A stretch of DNA of 64,000 nucleotides from Vicinamibacteria bacterium (GTDB taxonomy: Bacteria; Acidobacteriota; Vicinamibacteria; Marinacidobacterales; Marinacidobacteraceae): NCBI GenBank assembly GCA_963422395.1, contig OY729431.1:320001-384000 (forward strand), written 5' to 3'. This document shows positions 39,533-48,656 of this stretch, piece by piece. Numbering within the stretch: position 1 is the stretch's first letter; each line of letters begins with the position of its first letter. Below the pieces are notes generated by a model. That model saw nothing but the letters and a program-made list of their open reading frames with translations, had not been told where the DNA came from and did no database searches. Made by a program: the position numbers and the translations under genes.

Positions 39533-39591
39533 AAGCGAGGGGCCGGGGCCGCCGGACGGGGTATCTTCGCCGAGTCGCCCCTCGCTCCGTC

Positions 39592-40368
39592 GTGATTCCC
39601 GTGGATGCGATCCGTCCGGGGGCCGTCCGGAGGCCCGGCGGGCCCCCGGGGGTCAGCGCCTGCTTCCCGGCCTTCAACGACGCCGGCGCGATCGGCTGGG
39701 TCGTGCGGCGGGCGCTCGATGCGCTCCGCGGCACCGGCCTCGAATTCGAGATTCTCGTCCTCGACGACGGCAGCACCGACCGAACCGCCGAAGTCCTCGC
39801 CGCCCTGGCGGTCGAAATCTCCGCCCTGCGAGTGCTCCGCCACGAGACGAATCGGGGGTACGGCGCCGCCCTGCGCGATCTGTTCGCCGCCGCCCGCCTC
39901 CCGCTCGTCTTCTACACCGACGGGGACGGGCAGTTCGACCCCCAGGAGTTTCCCCGTCTGCTCGACGCCGCGGCGCCCGACATCGGGCTCGTGAACGGCT
40001 ACCGCCGCCGGCGGGCCGACGGTCCCCTGCGGCGGCTCCTCGGCCCCCGCTTCCACCGGCTGGTGGGCGCCACCTTCGGTTTCCCGAGTCTGAGCGACTG
40101 GGACTGCGACTTCCGGCTCTTTCGTCGGGAACTGCTTCGAGACGCTCCGCTGCGCTTCGACGACGGCACCGCGGTGGTCGAGTTCCTGGCGGCGCTCGGG
40201 GAGCGTGGAGTCCGCACCGCCGAAGTCGAAGTGAGCCACCGCGTCCGGCGCGCCGGCGGCAGCCAGTACTTCCGCCTCGGTCCGGTCCTCGCCGGCCACC
40301 GCAACCTGCTCCGCCTCTATCGGCAGTGCGGTTCGCCGCCCATCCGCTGGCGGGCGTGGTTTCAGTAG
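39592..40368 (+). CDS. Glycosyltransferase family 2
   Basis: PAFND, DDGSTD, NRGYGAA, DGDGQFD. Confidence 0.88.
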   Translation: MIPVDAIRPGAVRRPGGPPGVSACFPAFNDAGAIGWVVRRALDALRGTGLEFEILVLDDGSTDRTAEVLAALAVEISALRVLRHETNRGYGAALRDLFAAARLPLVFYTDGDGQFDPQEFPRLLDAAAPDIGLVNGYRRRRADGPLRRLLGPRFHRLVGATFGFPSLSDWDCDFRLFRRELLRDAPLRFDDGTAVVEFLAALGERGVRTAEVEVSHRVRRAGGSQYFRLGPVLAGHRNLLRLYRQCGSPPIRWRAWFQ

Positions 40369-42014
40369 CGTCGGGACGCTACTACTCCGGCGCCTTCCCG
40401 GACCACGACGATTCCCCCGGCGGCAGGGAGCTCACCGAGGCTTTCGGCGGTTCCACCGGACCAGCGGACGATGACCTCCCGGACCGACCCGCTTCCCCCG
40501 GCGCCGAGGTGCACTCGCGGATCGCTCGAGGAGAGGAAGCTGCCGCTGCGGTGCGCCTGGCGCCGGCGCCTCGTTCCGTCAGCGGTCGAAAATTCCACTT
40601 GCGTTCCGCTTCCGTCTCGCGGGGCCCGGGTCCCGACGAGCCGCAGCGTCACCCCGCTTCCCGAACTCCGGTTGCGCAGCAGCGCGGCCTGGTCGTCCAC
40701 ATTCACCACCACCATGTCGGGGAGCGCGTCGCCGTCGAGGTCTCCGAAGCCGACGCCCCGGCTCGAGCGCAGCGGCGACTCCCACTCCACCTCTTCGTAG
40801 GCTCCGCCGCCGAGGTTGCGGAAGATCTGGTTCGCCATGCGGTACTTCGTGCCGCTGCCTGCCGATGCGGCTTCCGGATAGACATGGCCGTTCGCGACGA
40901 ACAGATCGAGCCAGCCGTCCGCGTCGAGATCGAGGAATCGGGTTCCCCAGCCGAGATAGAACCAGCCCGGCATCCGCAGCGCGTTTTCGGTGGTGCTGTC
41001 CTCGAAGAAGCCGTTTCCGGCGTTCCGGTAGGCGGTGTTCGTGTCGTGGGAGAAGTTCGTCACGAAGAGGTCGATCCGGCCGTCCTCGTCGAAATCGCCG
41101 GCGTCCACTCCCATGCCCGCCTGCGCGAGGCCGTCCATGTTGTAGGCGTTGCCGGCGAGCAGCGCCCGCTCGCTGAAATGTCCCGAGCCGTCGTTGATCC
41201 AGAGGTGGTTCGGTGAGGAGTCGTTCGCCACATAGAGATCGGTGTCGTCGTCGCCGTCCAGATCACCCGCCACCACTCCGAGGCCGTACCCCGGATCCAC
41301 CACGGAGAACCCCGCCGCCTCGCCCGCCGCCTCGAAGGTCCCGTCCCCCCGGTTCCGGAAGTACCCATCGGGCGCCGGAATCAGACCCGAGGGACCGCAG
41401 AAGACCGGCAGACCGAACCAGACACAGCTCCCCCCCGCTCCCGGAAGCGGCAACGACTCGATGGAATCGGCCGTGTAACCGAGCACGATGAGGTCGGAAT
41501 CGCCGTCGTTTTCGGCATCGAAGAAGGCAGCCGAAGTGGAAAACCCCGAGTGCGCCGCTCCGCCGGCTCCGGGCGACCGCACGAAGCTTCCGTCCCCCCG
41601 GTTCCGGTACAGGACATTCGGCCCGAGGTTCGTCACATAGAGATCCGGAAAGCCGTCGTTGTCCAGATCGGACACCGCGACTCCGAACGCCCAGCCGGTA
41701 TCCCCGACCCCGGCGGCGGAAGTCACCTCGGTGAACCGGAATCCGCCGTCGTTGCGGAAGAGCTGGTTCGGCCGCCCGGTGCCCGGCGTCCGTCCTTCGA
41801 GCGGCGCCCCGTTCATCAGGTACAGGTCGAGGTCGCCGTCCTGGTCGTAGTCGAGGAGTCCGACCCCGGCGCCGAGCGAAGAGACGATGAACCGCTTCTC
41901 CGGCTCTCCGCTCACATTGAGGTAGCGGACACCGCTCGTCCCGGTGACCTCCTCGATCCGGATTTCCTGCCCGCCCGGAGGGGTGAGCATCGCCAGCAGA
42001 ACTGCGGCGATCAC
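40362..42014 (-). CDS. CRTAC1 family protein (FG-GAP/VCBS repeats plus ASPIC/UnbV)
   Basis: Repeated D-x-D-x-D-G-x-x-D motifs; C-terminal GSFLSSSDPRVHLG. Confidence 0.9.
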   Translation of the reverse strand: MIAAVLLAMLTPPGGQEIRIEEVTGTSGVRYLNVSGEPEKRFIVSSLGAGVGLLDYDQDGDLDLYLMNGAPLEGRTPGTGRPNQLFRNDGGFRFTEVTSAAGVGDTGWAFGVAVSDLDNDGFPDLYVTNLGPNVLYRNRGDGSFVRSPGAGGAAHSGFSTSAAFFDAENDGDSDLIVLGYTADSIESLPLPGAGGSCVWFGLPVFCGPSGLIPAPDGYFRNRGDGTFEAAGEAAGFSVVDPGYGLGVVAGDLDGDDDTDLYVANDSSPNHLWINDGSGHFSERALLAGNAYNMDGLAQAGMGVDAGDFDEDGRIDLFVTNFSHDTNTAYRNAGNGFFEDSTTENALRMPGWFYLGWGTRFLDLDADGWLDLFVANGHVYPEAASAGSGTKYRMANQIFRNLGGGAYEEVEWESPLRSSRGVGFGDLDGDALPDMVVVNVDDQAALLRNRSSGSGVTLRLVGTRAPRDGSGTQVEFSTADGTRRRRQAHRSGSFLSSSDPRVHLGAGGSGSVREVIVRWSGGTAESLGELPAAGGIVVVREGAGVVASRRY

Positions 42015-43597
42015 GGCTCGCGGGCCAGGCGGGCGGCTGCGGAACGGAGTTCCGTGTTCTCCGGCCAGTCGGCGAGCGCAGCTTCGAGAATCGACTGCGC
42101 CTCCTGCGGCCGGCTGAGCGCGGCGAGCGATTCCGCGTAGAGGAGGTGGTGGAGCGGCTCGGCGGCCGCGAGGGTGAGGAGCCGATCCGACTCGCGAAGT
42201 GCGAGCTGCGCTGCGCCGCCCTGGATCAGGTGCGCCACCAGCGCCCTCTTGGGTTCCGGTGCCGCCGGATTGGCCCCCATTGCCACCTTCAGCTCGTTCG
42301 TCCGGTCCGAAAACCGCTTCAGCTCGCTGAATCGGGTCAGGTATTCCCGGCCCCGTTCCGCTTCCTCCGGATCCTCGCTGCGCGCCAGCAGATTCCCGAG
42401 GTGGAGGTGTGGTTCAGGCCGGGTCGGCGCCGCTCGGATCGCGGCTTCGAAGCGGAGGATCGCGGCCTCGGGATCTGCTGCCGCCGCGAGCGCCTGTCCC
42501 AGGGTGGTGAAGCCGCTGGCGAGCTGTTCCGGATCGGTGGCCGCCGCGGGCCCATCCACCGCTGGCGTCAGCACCGGGACCGCCTCGGTGCTTCTCCCGG
42601 TCTCGTGGAGCAGCAGCCCCAGCCGGAGATGGGCACTGACATGCCCCGGGTCGAGTCGGAGAGCCTCCCGGTAGGCTCGTTCGGCGGCTTCTTCTTCTTG
42701 AAGATAGTGGAGTACATCGCCGAGCCGGAATTGCGCCTCTGGGTTTTCCGGGGCGGCGGCGGCGGCGCGCTCACAGGCGTCCCGCGCCGCTTCGAGCCGG
42801 TCTTCGCGGGATTGCAACAGGCAGATCTCCAGGAGTGCTGCCGGATCTTCGGGGCGAAGCGCAAGAGCCGCTTCCAGCCGCCTCTCCGCGGGCTCGAACT
42901 GTCCGAGTTCGGACCAGAGCGCCCCGAGGTGGTACTGAGCCTCGAAGGAGGATGGCTCCCGCTGCGCCGCCTGCTGCAGCGCTGCCAGCCCCGCCGCTCC
43001 CCGTCCCTGTTGTACATACAGAACACCGAGCGGCACGAGTACCTCGGCCCGTCCGGGATATTCGGCGTGGAGTGCTTGGAGGATCGCTTGCGCCTCTTCG
43101 CGCTCGCCCCGCCGAGTGAGCAGGGTTGCGAGTTCCCGCCGCGCCTCGGGGTGCCCCGGGTCGCGGGCCAGCGCCTCACGGAAAGAGCCTTCGGCTTCCT
43201 CGATCCGGCCCAGGGCGGTGAGCGCTGTCGCTCGCAGCAGCAGCCCGTTGGGTTCGTCGGGGACCAGCGCGGCGAAAGCCGCCGCGAGTTCGGCGGTTTC
43301 CTCGTGCCGCCCGAGCCGGAGGTGGGCGACTGCCAGCATCCAGAGCGCATCGGGGTCCCCCGGATCGGCGAGTCGAGCCCGTTCGAGGAGAGGGATCGCC
43401 TCCCCGAAACGATCTTCGCCGAGCAGCCGCCGTGCGATCTCGATCGCATCCGGCTGCCGCGGTGCGGCGACCCCGCTCGTCATGAGGAGGGGCGTCGCGA
43501 CGAGGGTTGCCGCGAGGGCGGTCCACAGCAGCGCGGACGCGCCGCCCGGCGGGCCGGGAGACGGCGGGTGCGGTGCGGTTTCCAACGGGGATCTCAT
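42011..43597 (-). CDS. Tetratricopeptide repeat protein, exported
   Basis: Multiple 34-aa TPR helix pairs and an N-terminal hydrophobic signal. Confidence 0.85.
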   Translation of the reverse strand: MRSPLETAPHPPSPGPPGGASALLWTALAATLVATPLLMTSGVAAPRQPDAIEIARRLLGEDRFGEAIPLLERARLADPGDPDALWMLAVAHLRLGRHEETAELAAAFAALVPDEPNGLLLRATALTALGRIEEAEGSFREALARDPGHPEARRELATLLTRRGEREEAQAILQALHAEYPGRAEVLVPLGVLYVQQGRGAAGLAALQQAAQREPSSFEAQYHLGALWSELGQFEPAERRLEAALALRPEDPAALLEICLLQSREDRLEAARDACERAAAAAPENPEAQFRLGDVLHYLQEEEAAERAYREALRLDPGHVSAHLRLGLLLHETGRSTEAVPVLTPAVDGPAAATDPEQLASGFTTLGQALAAAADPEAAILRFEAAIRAAPTRPEPHLHLGNLLARSEDPEEAERGREYLTRFSELKRFSDRTNELKVAMGANPAAPEPKRALVAHLIQGGAAQLALRESDRLLTLAAAEPLHHLLYAESLAALSRPQEAQSILEAALADWPENTELRSAAARLAREP

Positions 43598-43713
43598 GAC
43601 GCGGGGACTTGCCAGTATCGCCGGAGCACCGGCGAACGAGGGCGCCGGCCCACGAACCGGTGCCGCCGCTTTCTTTGCGCGCCGGTTTTGCGGGCACTAC
43701 CATCTTATGCGCG

Positions 43714-45930
43714 ATGTTCCTGCGATCCGGGCTGGCAGTGCTGACCTTTGCGGCGATCTGCTCCCCCGGAGCAGGTGCCGCGAATTCTGCCGGGAACCTG
43801 CGGGCGCCCCGGCAGGAACCGAACGAGAAGGAGCAGATCGAAGCCCTTCCCGAACATCACCGGGTCTGGCTCGTCGAAGAGGTCCCGTATCTCATCACCG
43901 ACCGCGAAAAGCGGGTCTTTCTGACCCTGACTTCCGAGCGCCAGCGCGACTCGTTCGTTTCCGCCTTCTGGCGCAAGCGGGATCTCAACCCCTCGACTCC
44001 GGAGAACGAGTTCCGAGACGAGCACTACGAACGGCTGGACTATGCGAACAACTGGCTCGGGCGCGACACCTTCCGGGAGGGCTGGGAAACGGACCGCGGC
44101 CGGTATTACATCCTGCTCGGCAAGCCGCGTTCGATCCAGAACTACGAAGCCCGCGACGAGATCTATCCGACGGAACTGTGGTTCTACAACAACTCCGAAC
44201 TGAAGCGTTTCGGCCTGCCGGCGTTCTTCTACCTGCTGTTCTGGCGCCGCCACGGGGTGGGGGAGCTGCAGCTCTACGACCCCATCTCGGACGGTCCGCC
44301 GGCGCTGCTGACCGGCTACCAGCCCGAGCGGCAGGACTTCCGCAACGAGGTGGAGCGAGCCTACGAGATCCTCTACGAGTTCGACCCCGAGGTCGCGAAC
44401 GCGGCGATGTCCTTCCGCACCGACGAGCAGGACATCACCCGCTTCCAGGCGGTGCCCTTCGGCACCCTTTCCCTGCTCCAGGACATCCATGAGGTGCCCT
44501 TCCGGGGTCTCGACGACAGCTACGCCGACCGGCTCGATTTCGAGAAGGGAGCGATCGAAGCCGACTACCTCTTCACCTATGTCCCCGGCCACGGAGCGAT
44601 GGCGGTCCTCCCCGGGCCCGAGGGGGCTTCGTTCCTCCACTGGGTCATCCAACTGGATGCCCAGCACACTGCCTTCGTGCGGAACGAGGATCGCGGCACC
44701 TTCGACACCGCTTTCATCGGGACCGTGGATATCGTCCTCCGCGACTCCCCGGAGCAGGTGGTCACCGAATTCCGCAAGGAATCCTTCGTCTCGCTGGACG
44801 ACGAGCAGCGCGCCGCGCTCCAGCGCCCGTTCTCCTGGGCCGGGGTGGTTCCGCTCATTCCGGGGGACCACACCGTCCGGATCGTGCTCCGGAACCGGGC
44901 CTGCGGTTCGCGCTCCGAAACGGACTGCTCCAAGAGTTACACCCTCGTCGAGGCGGAGGTGAGCGCTCCGCCGGCGGACGGCGCGCCGCGGCTCAGCGAC
45001 CTGGTGCTCGGGCGGCGCATCGAACCCCAGCGTCCGCAGTACCGCCCTTTCCGGCTCGGCTCCGCCGGCGTGGTCCCCAACCCGCAGGCGGTATATGCGA
45101 TAGGTGAGAATTTCGTTGCCGCCGCCGTGCCCGAGGGCGCCCCGGAAGGCGCGCGGGTCCGCTTCCGGATCGTGAGCCGCGAGCCGCTCACCGACGGCGA
45201 GCTGGCCTACGAGAGCGAGGCGCCGGCGGCGGCGGACGAGGCGAGCGGTTTCGTGGCGCTCGATTTTCCGCTGCTGGACATCGGGGCCGGCCGCTACGAG
45301 CTGGGTGCCGAGCTGCTCGACCGCGCGGGGGGTGTCCTGTCTTCGAGACGCGCCGGGTTCACGGTGTCCCCCCGAGGCAACCTCCTCGAGGCCGGTTTCC
45401 ACGGCACGATGCTTCCTTTTCCGCCGGAGAATTCGGGGTTCACGAGTCTCGCGATCGGCGAGCAGTGGATGGGTCTCGACCGCGGGGAGGAAGCCGGGCC
45501 GGTGCTCGAACGAGCGCTCGCCCTGGCCCCTCGGCTCGGGCGCGCCCGGGAACTGCTCGCCCGTCTCGAGATGGAGGCGGGGCGGGCCGACCGGGTGGTC
45601 GAGCTGCTCGAACCGGTGTACGCCGAGGTCCAGGATCGCTACGACCTGGTGCGGGTCCTCGGAGAGGCGTACTTTCAGCTGGCCCGCTACGAGGACGCCG
45701 AGGACCTGCTCGGCAAGGCCGTCCTTCTCGAAAATCCCGACCCCAGGAGCCTCAACCTGCTCGGCCTCGCCCGCTTCCAGGTCTCCGATTTCGCCGGCGC
45801 CCGCGAAGCGTTCCAACGCTCGCTCGCGCTCGATGGCGAACAGCCGGAAGTCGAAGAGGCCCTGGCCCGCGTCGGCGAAGCCGAACGAGCCCAGCCCTCC
45901 TCCCGCCCGCCGGGTGCAGGGGCACGATGA
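43714..45930 (+). CDS. GWxTD domain protein with C-terminal TPRs
   Basis: WLVEEVPYLIT, FWRKRD, EGWETDRG; TPR tail. Confidence 0.9.
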   Translation: MFLRSGLAVLTFAAICSPGAGAANSAGNLRAPRQEPNEKEQIEALPEHHRVWLVEEVPYLITDREKRVFLTLTSERQRDSFVSAFWRKRDLNPSTPENEFRDEHYERLDYANNWLGRDTFREGWETDRGRYYILLGKPRSIQNYEARDEIYPTELWFYNNSELKRFGLPAFFYLLFWRRHGVGELQLYDPISDGPPALLTGYQPERQDFRNEVERAYEILYEFDPEVANAAMSFRTDEQDITRFQAVPFGTLSLLQDIHEVPFRGLDDSYADRLDFEKGAIEADYLFTYVPGHGAMAVLPGPEGASFLHWVIQLDAQHTAFVRNEDRGTFDTAFIGTVDIVLRDSPEQVVTEFRKESFVSLDDEQRAALQRPFSWAGVVPLIPGDHTVRIVLRNRACGSRSETDCSKSYTLVEAEVSAPPADGAPRLSDLVLGRRIEPQRPQYRPFRLGSAGVVPNPQAVYAIGENFVAAAVPEGAPEGARVRFRIVSREPLTDGELAYESEAPAAADEASGFVALDFPLLDIGAGRYELGAELLDRAGGVLSSRRAGFTVSPRGNLLEAGFHGTMLPFPPENSGFTSLAIGEQWMGLDRGEEAGPVLERALALAPRLGRARELLARLEMEAGRADRVVELLEPVYAEVQDRYDLVRVLGEAYFQLARYEDAEDLLGKAVLLENPDPRSLNLLGLARFQVSDFAGAREAFQRSLALDGEQPEVEEALARVGEAERAQPSSRPPGAGAR

Positions 45931-46124
45931 GGAACTGGCTGTCGAGCAGCGCGGTGGAGGCCGAGGCGAACCGTTTGGCTGCCGACACTCTCATGCCCCG
46001 GCATCTGGTCGTCGACGCGGAAATGGAGCAGGGAGCCGCTTCCGTCGAAGAGCTGGCGAGGCGCTTCCTGGTTTCTCCCTGCGCGATGTCCATCCGTCTG
46101 GGGTGGGGGTTCCCGGCGGGATGA
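45927..46124 (+). pseudogene. C-terminal fragment of an ImmA/IrrE family metallo-endopeptidase
   Basis: EAEANRLAADTLMP...LARRFLVSPCAMSIRLG; HExxH region absent. Confidence 0.65.
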
Positions 46125-46279
46125 CCGAGACGGAAGAGTCCGCCCTGAGTCAGCAGCACCAGGGGCCGGTCACCAACGCCCCGCAGCGGTCGATGGGGAT
46201 CGGCCGGCCGAAGCGGCTTCGATTCCACAGTCGACGGGGTGGAATCCGAGGCTGGATCAGGCAGCCCGGCTGCTGATCG

Positions 46280-47848
46280 CTACTCCGAACCGAGAGCGAC
46301 GATCGGATCCAGCCGCGCCGCACGCCGCGCCGGTACCAGCCCGGCGACCACTCCGGTCGCGAGCGCTACCACGAAGGCGAGCCCCCCGGCTCCTGCCGAG
46401 ATTTCGACCCGCAGCCCGAAAGCGTCCTGGACCAGAAGCGCGGCTGCCGCTCCCAGTGCGACCCCGAAGAGCCCGCCGGCTGCGCCCAGCAGCACTGATT
46501 CCGTGAGGAACTGGCTCCCCACATCCCCGGTCCGCGCCCCCACTGCCATCCGCAACCCGATTTCCCGGATCCGTTCCCGGACGGAGAGCAGCATCACATT
46601 CGAGATCCCGATGGCGCCTACCAGCAGCGAAACCAGGGCGATGGAGAGGAGCAGCGCCGACATGGTCCGGCTCGACTGTTCCAGAGTGGCCGCCAGCTGG
46701 CGCAGCGTCGTTCGTTCGAGGTTCGGGATGTTTCCGGCGAGCGTCTGGGCCACTTTCGGATGGAGTCCCTTCCCGAGCACTTCGGATGCCTGGGTCGAGA
46801 CGGTGAAATCGTCGGCCTGCGCTTCGCCGATCCCATGCCGTTCACGCAGCAGCTCGGTGATCTCCCGAGCGACCTCGGTGACTCGGCCCGAGGAAGCGGC
46901 GGTCACCGTGATGGTGTTCAGGTTCGTCAGATTCAACAGCCGGTGGACGGTGGTGAAGGGGGTGTACACCGCGTCGAATTCATCGTCCCCCGGCACCCCC
47001 GGGTTCAGCCAGTTCGAGCTCGCCACCACCCCGACGACTTCGAAGGTCTGGTTCCAGATGGTGACCTCGCGGCCCACCGGGTCTTCTTCCTGGCCGAACA
47101 GCTGGTCGCGGGCCACGCTCCCGAGCACCGCCACCTGCTCCGCTCGGCGCAGCTCGCGGGCGCTGAAGAACCGCCCGTGCTGGATCGCGAACGAGCGGCG
47201 GATCTGCACCAGATCCACCGCGGTACCGTGCAGCCGGGTGAACCATCGGCGCTCGCCGCGAAAGACCCGCACGCTTTCGTGGACTCCGGGGGCTGCCTGG
47301 GCCACCCCGGCGAGCGCGCCGAGCGCGTCGGCGTCGTCCCGGGTCAGGGTGGCTGCGGCGCCGAGTCCGGCGGCCGAATCCCCGAGGCGTTCGGCAGCGG
47401 TCGGATGGTCGTGCTTCTCCATCGGATCGTTTTCGGGATGGGCGCGCGCCACCGGCTCGAGGCGCCGCCACAGTTTCCGCAGCATCTCCGACGGGAGCAG
47501 CCGGCCGTGCCGGATGGGAGCATCGATGCCGCCGATCGGCCGTTCCCCGCGGGCGCGGTAGTTGCCGGCCGTCACCTGGATCACATTCAGCCCCGCCGCC
47601 TGCACCTGCTCGCTGATCGCTGCCTGCGCTCCCCGCCCGAGCGCGATCGTCGCCATCAGCGCTGCCACTCCGAAGGCGAGGCCGATCAGGGTCAGTGCGG
47701 TGCGCAGGGGATAGCGCCGCAGGCTCTGGAGAGCCGTTTCCCCGGCGGTCCGCCGCTCGATGACGAGTTCCGGACGGGAGAGCCGCCGGAGCAATCTCGA
47801 AAAACGCCCGGCAGGCGGCTTTCGGTTGGGCATCTTTCGGTTGGGCAT
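46280..47848 (-). CDS. MacB/FtsX-type ABC permease with periplasmic insertions
   Basis: LRTALT, GISNVMLLSVRERIREIGLRMAVGA, LDPIVAL. Confidence 0.9.
   Translation of the reverse strand: MPNRKMPNRKPPAGRFSRLLRRLSRPELVIERRTAGETALQSLRRYPLRTALTLIGLAFGVAALMATIALGRGAQAAISEQVQAAGLNVIQVTAGNYRARGERPIGGIDAPIRHGRLLPSEMLRKLWRRLEPVARAHPENDPMEKHDHPTAAERLGDSAAGLGAAATLTRDDADALGALAGVAQAAPGVHESVRVFRGERRWFTRLHGTAVDLVQIRRSFAIQHGRFFSARELRRAEQVAVLGSVARDQLFGQEEDPVGREVTIWNQTFEVVGVVASSNWLNPGVPGDDEFDAVYTPFTTVHRLLNLTNLNTITVTAASSGRVTEVAREITELLRERHGIGEAQADDFTVSTQASEVLGKGLHPKVAQTLAGNIPNLERTTLRQLAATLEQSSRTMSALLLSIALVSLLVGAIGISNVMLLSVRERIREIGLRMAVGARTGDVGSQFLTESVLLGAAGGLFGVALGAAAALLVQDAFGLRVEISAGAGGLAFVVALATGVVAGLVPARRAARLDPIVALGSE
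47819..47848. repeat. Perfect 15-bp tandem duplication including the start codon
   Basis: ctttcggttgggcat x2, encoding MPNRK-MPNRK. Confidence 0.85.
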
Positions 47849-47855
47849 CTTCCGC

Positions 47856-48563
47856 TCAGCAGCCGGAGCTCTCTCCTGCGTTCTCCTCGAGGATCCGCCC
47901 GTCCCGCAATTCGACGCTCCGAGAGGCGTACTGCGCCACCTGCCGGTCGTGGGTGATCATCACCACAGTGAGCCCCCGTTCGGAGTTGAGGCGTGCGAAG
48001 GTGTCGAGGATCTCGCCCCCGGTCTGGGTATCCAGGTTGCCGGTGGGTTCGTCGGCGAGGAGAAGGCGCGGCCGGTTGGCGAGCGCCCTGGCGATGGCGA
48101 CCCGCTGCTGCTGTCCGCCCGAGAGCTGGCTCGGTGCGTGGGCCGCGCGGTCGGACAGCCGGACCGCGGCGAGCGCTTCTGCGGCCTGCTGACGCCGTTC
48201 GACCCGCCCTGGCCGGCGGGTTCCGTAGAGCATCGGAAGCTCCACGTTCTCGAGGGCGCTCGCCCGGGCGAGCAGGTGGAAGCTCTGGAAGACGAAGCCG
48301 ATCTCCTCGTTACGGATGCGCGCCCGTTCGTCGTTGTCCAGCCGGGACACATCGCGTCCCATGAGTCGGTATTCCCCGGAAGTGGGCTGATCGAGACAGC
48401 CGAGGATATGCATCAGGGTGCTCTTTCCCGATCCCGAAGGGCCGAGAACGGAAAGGAAGTCCCCCTCCTCCACCGAGAGGGAGAGCCCTCGCAGCGCCTC
48501 CACCCGGTGGTCTTCGCCGAGGACATAGGTCTTCACCAGATCCCGGACTTCGATCGCGTCCAT
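47856..48563 (-). CDS. MacB/LolD-type ABC ATP-binding protein
   Basis: GPSGSGKST, LSGGQQQRVAIARA, ADEPTGNLD. Confidence 0.93.
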   Translation of the reverse strand: MDAIEVRDLVKTYVLGEDHRVEALRGLSLSVEEGDFLSVLGPSGSGKSTLMHILGCLDQPTSGEYRLMGRDVSRLDNDERARIRNEEIGFVFQSFHLLARASALENVELPMLYGTRRPGRVERRQQAAEALAAVRLSDRAAHAPSQLSGGQQQRVAIARALANRPRLLLADEPTGNLDTQTGGEILDTFARLNSERGLTVVMITHDRQVAQYASRSVELRDGRILEENAGESSGC

Positions 48564-48656
48564 CGACAATCCTCCGCGCGGCTTCGTTCCGGAACCCGAT
48601 GAGCCAGAAACCATCGGGTCAGGAGGCCGGGTCGGAAAATCGGAAAGGGAGTCTGG

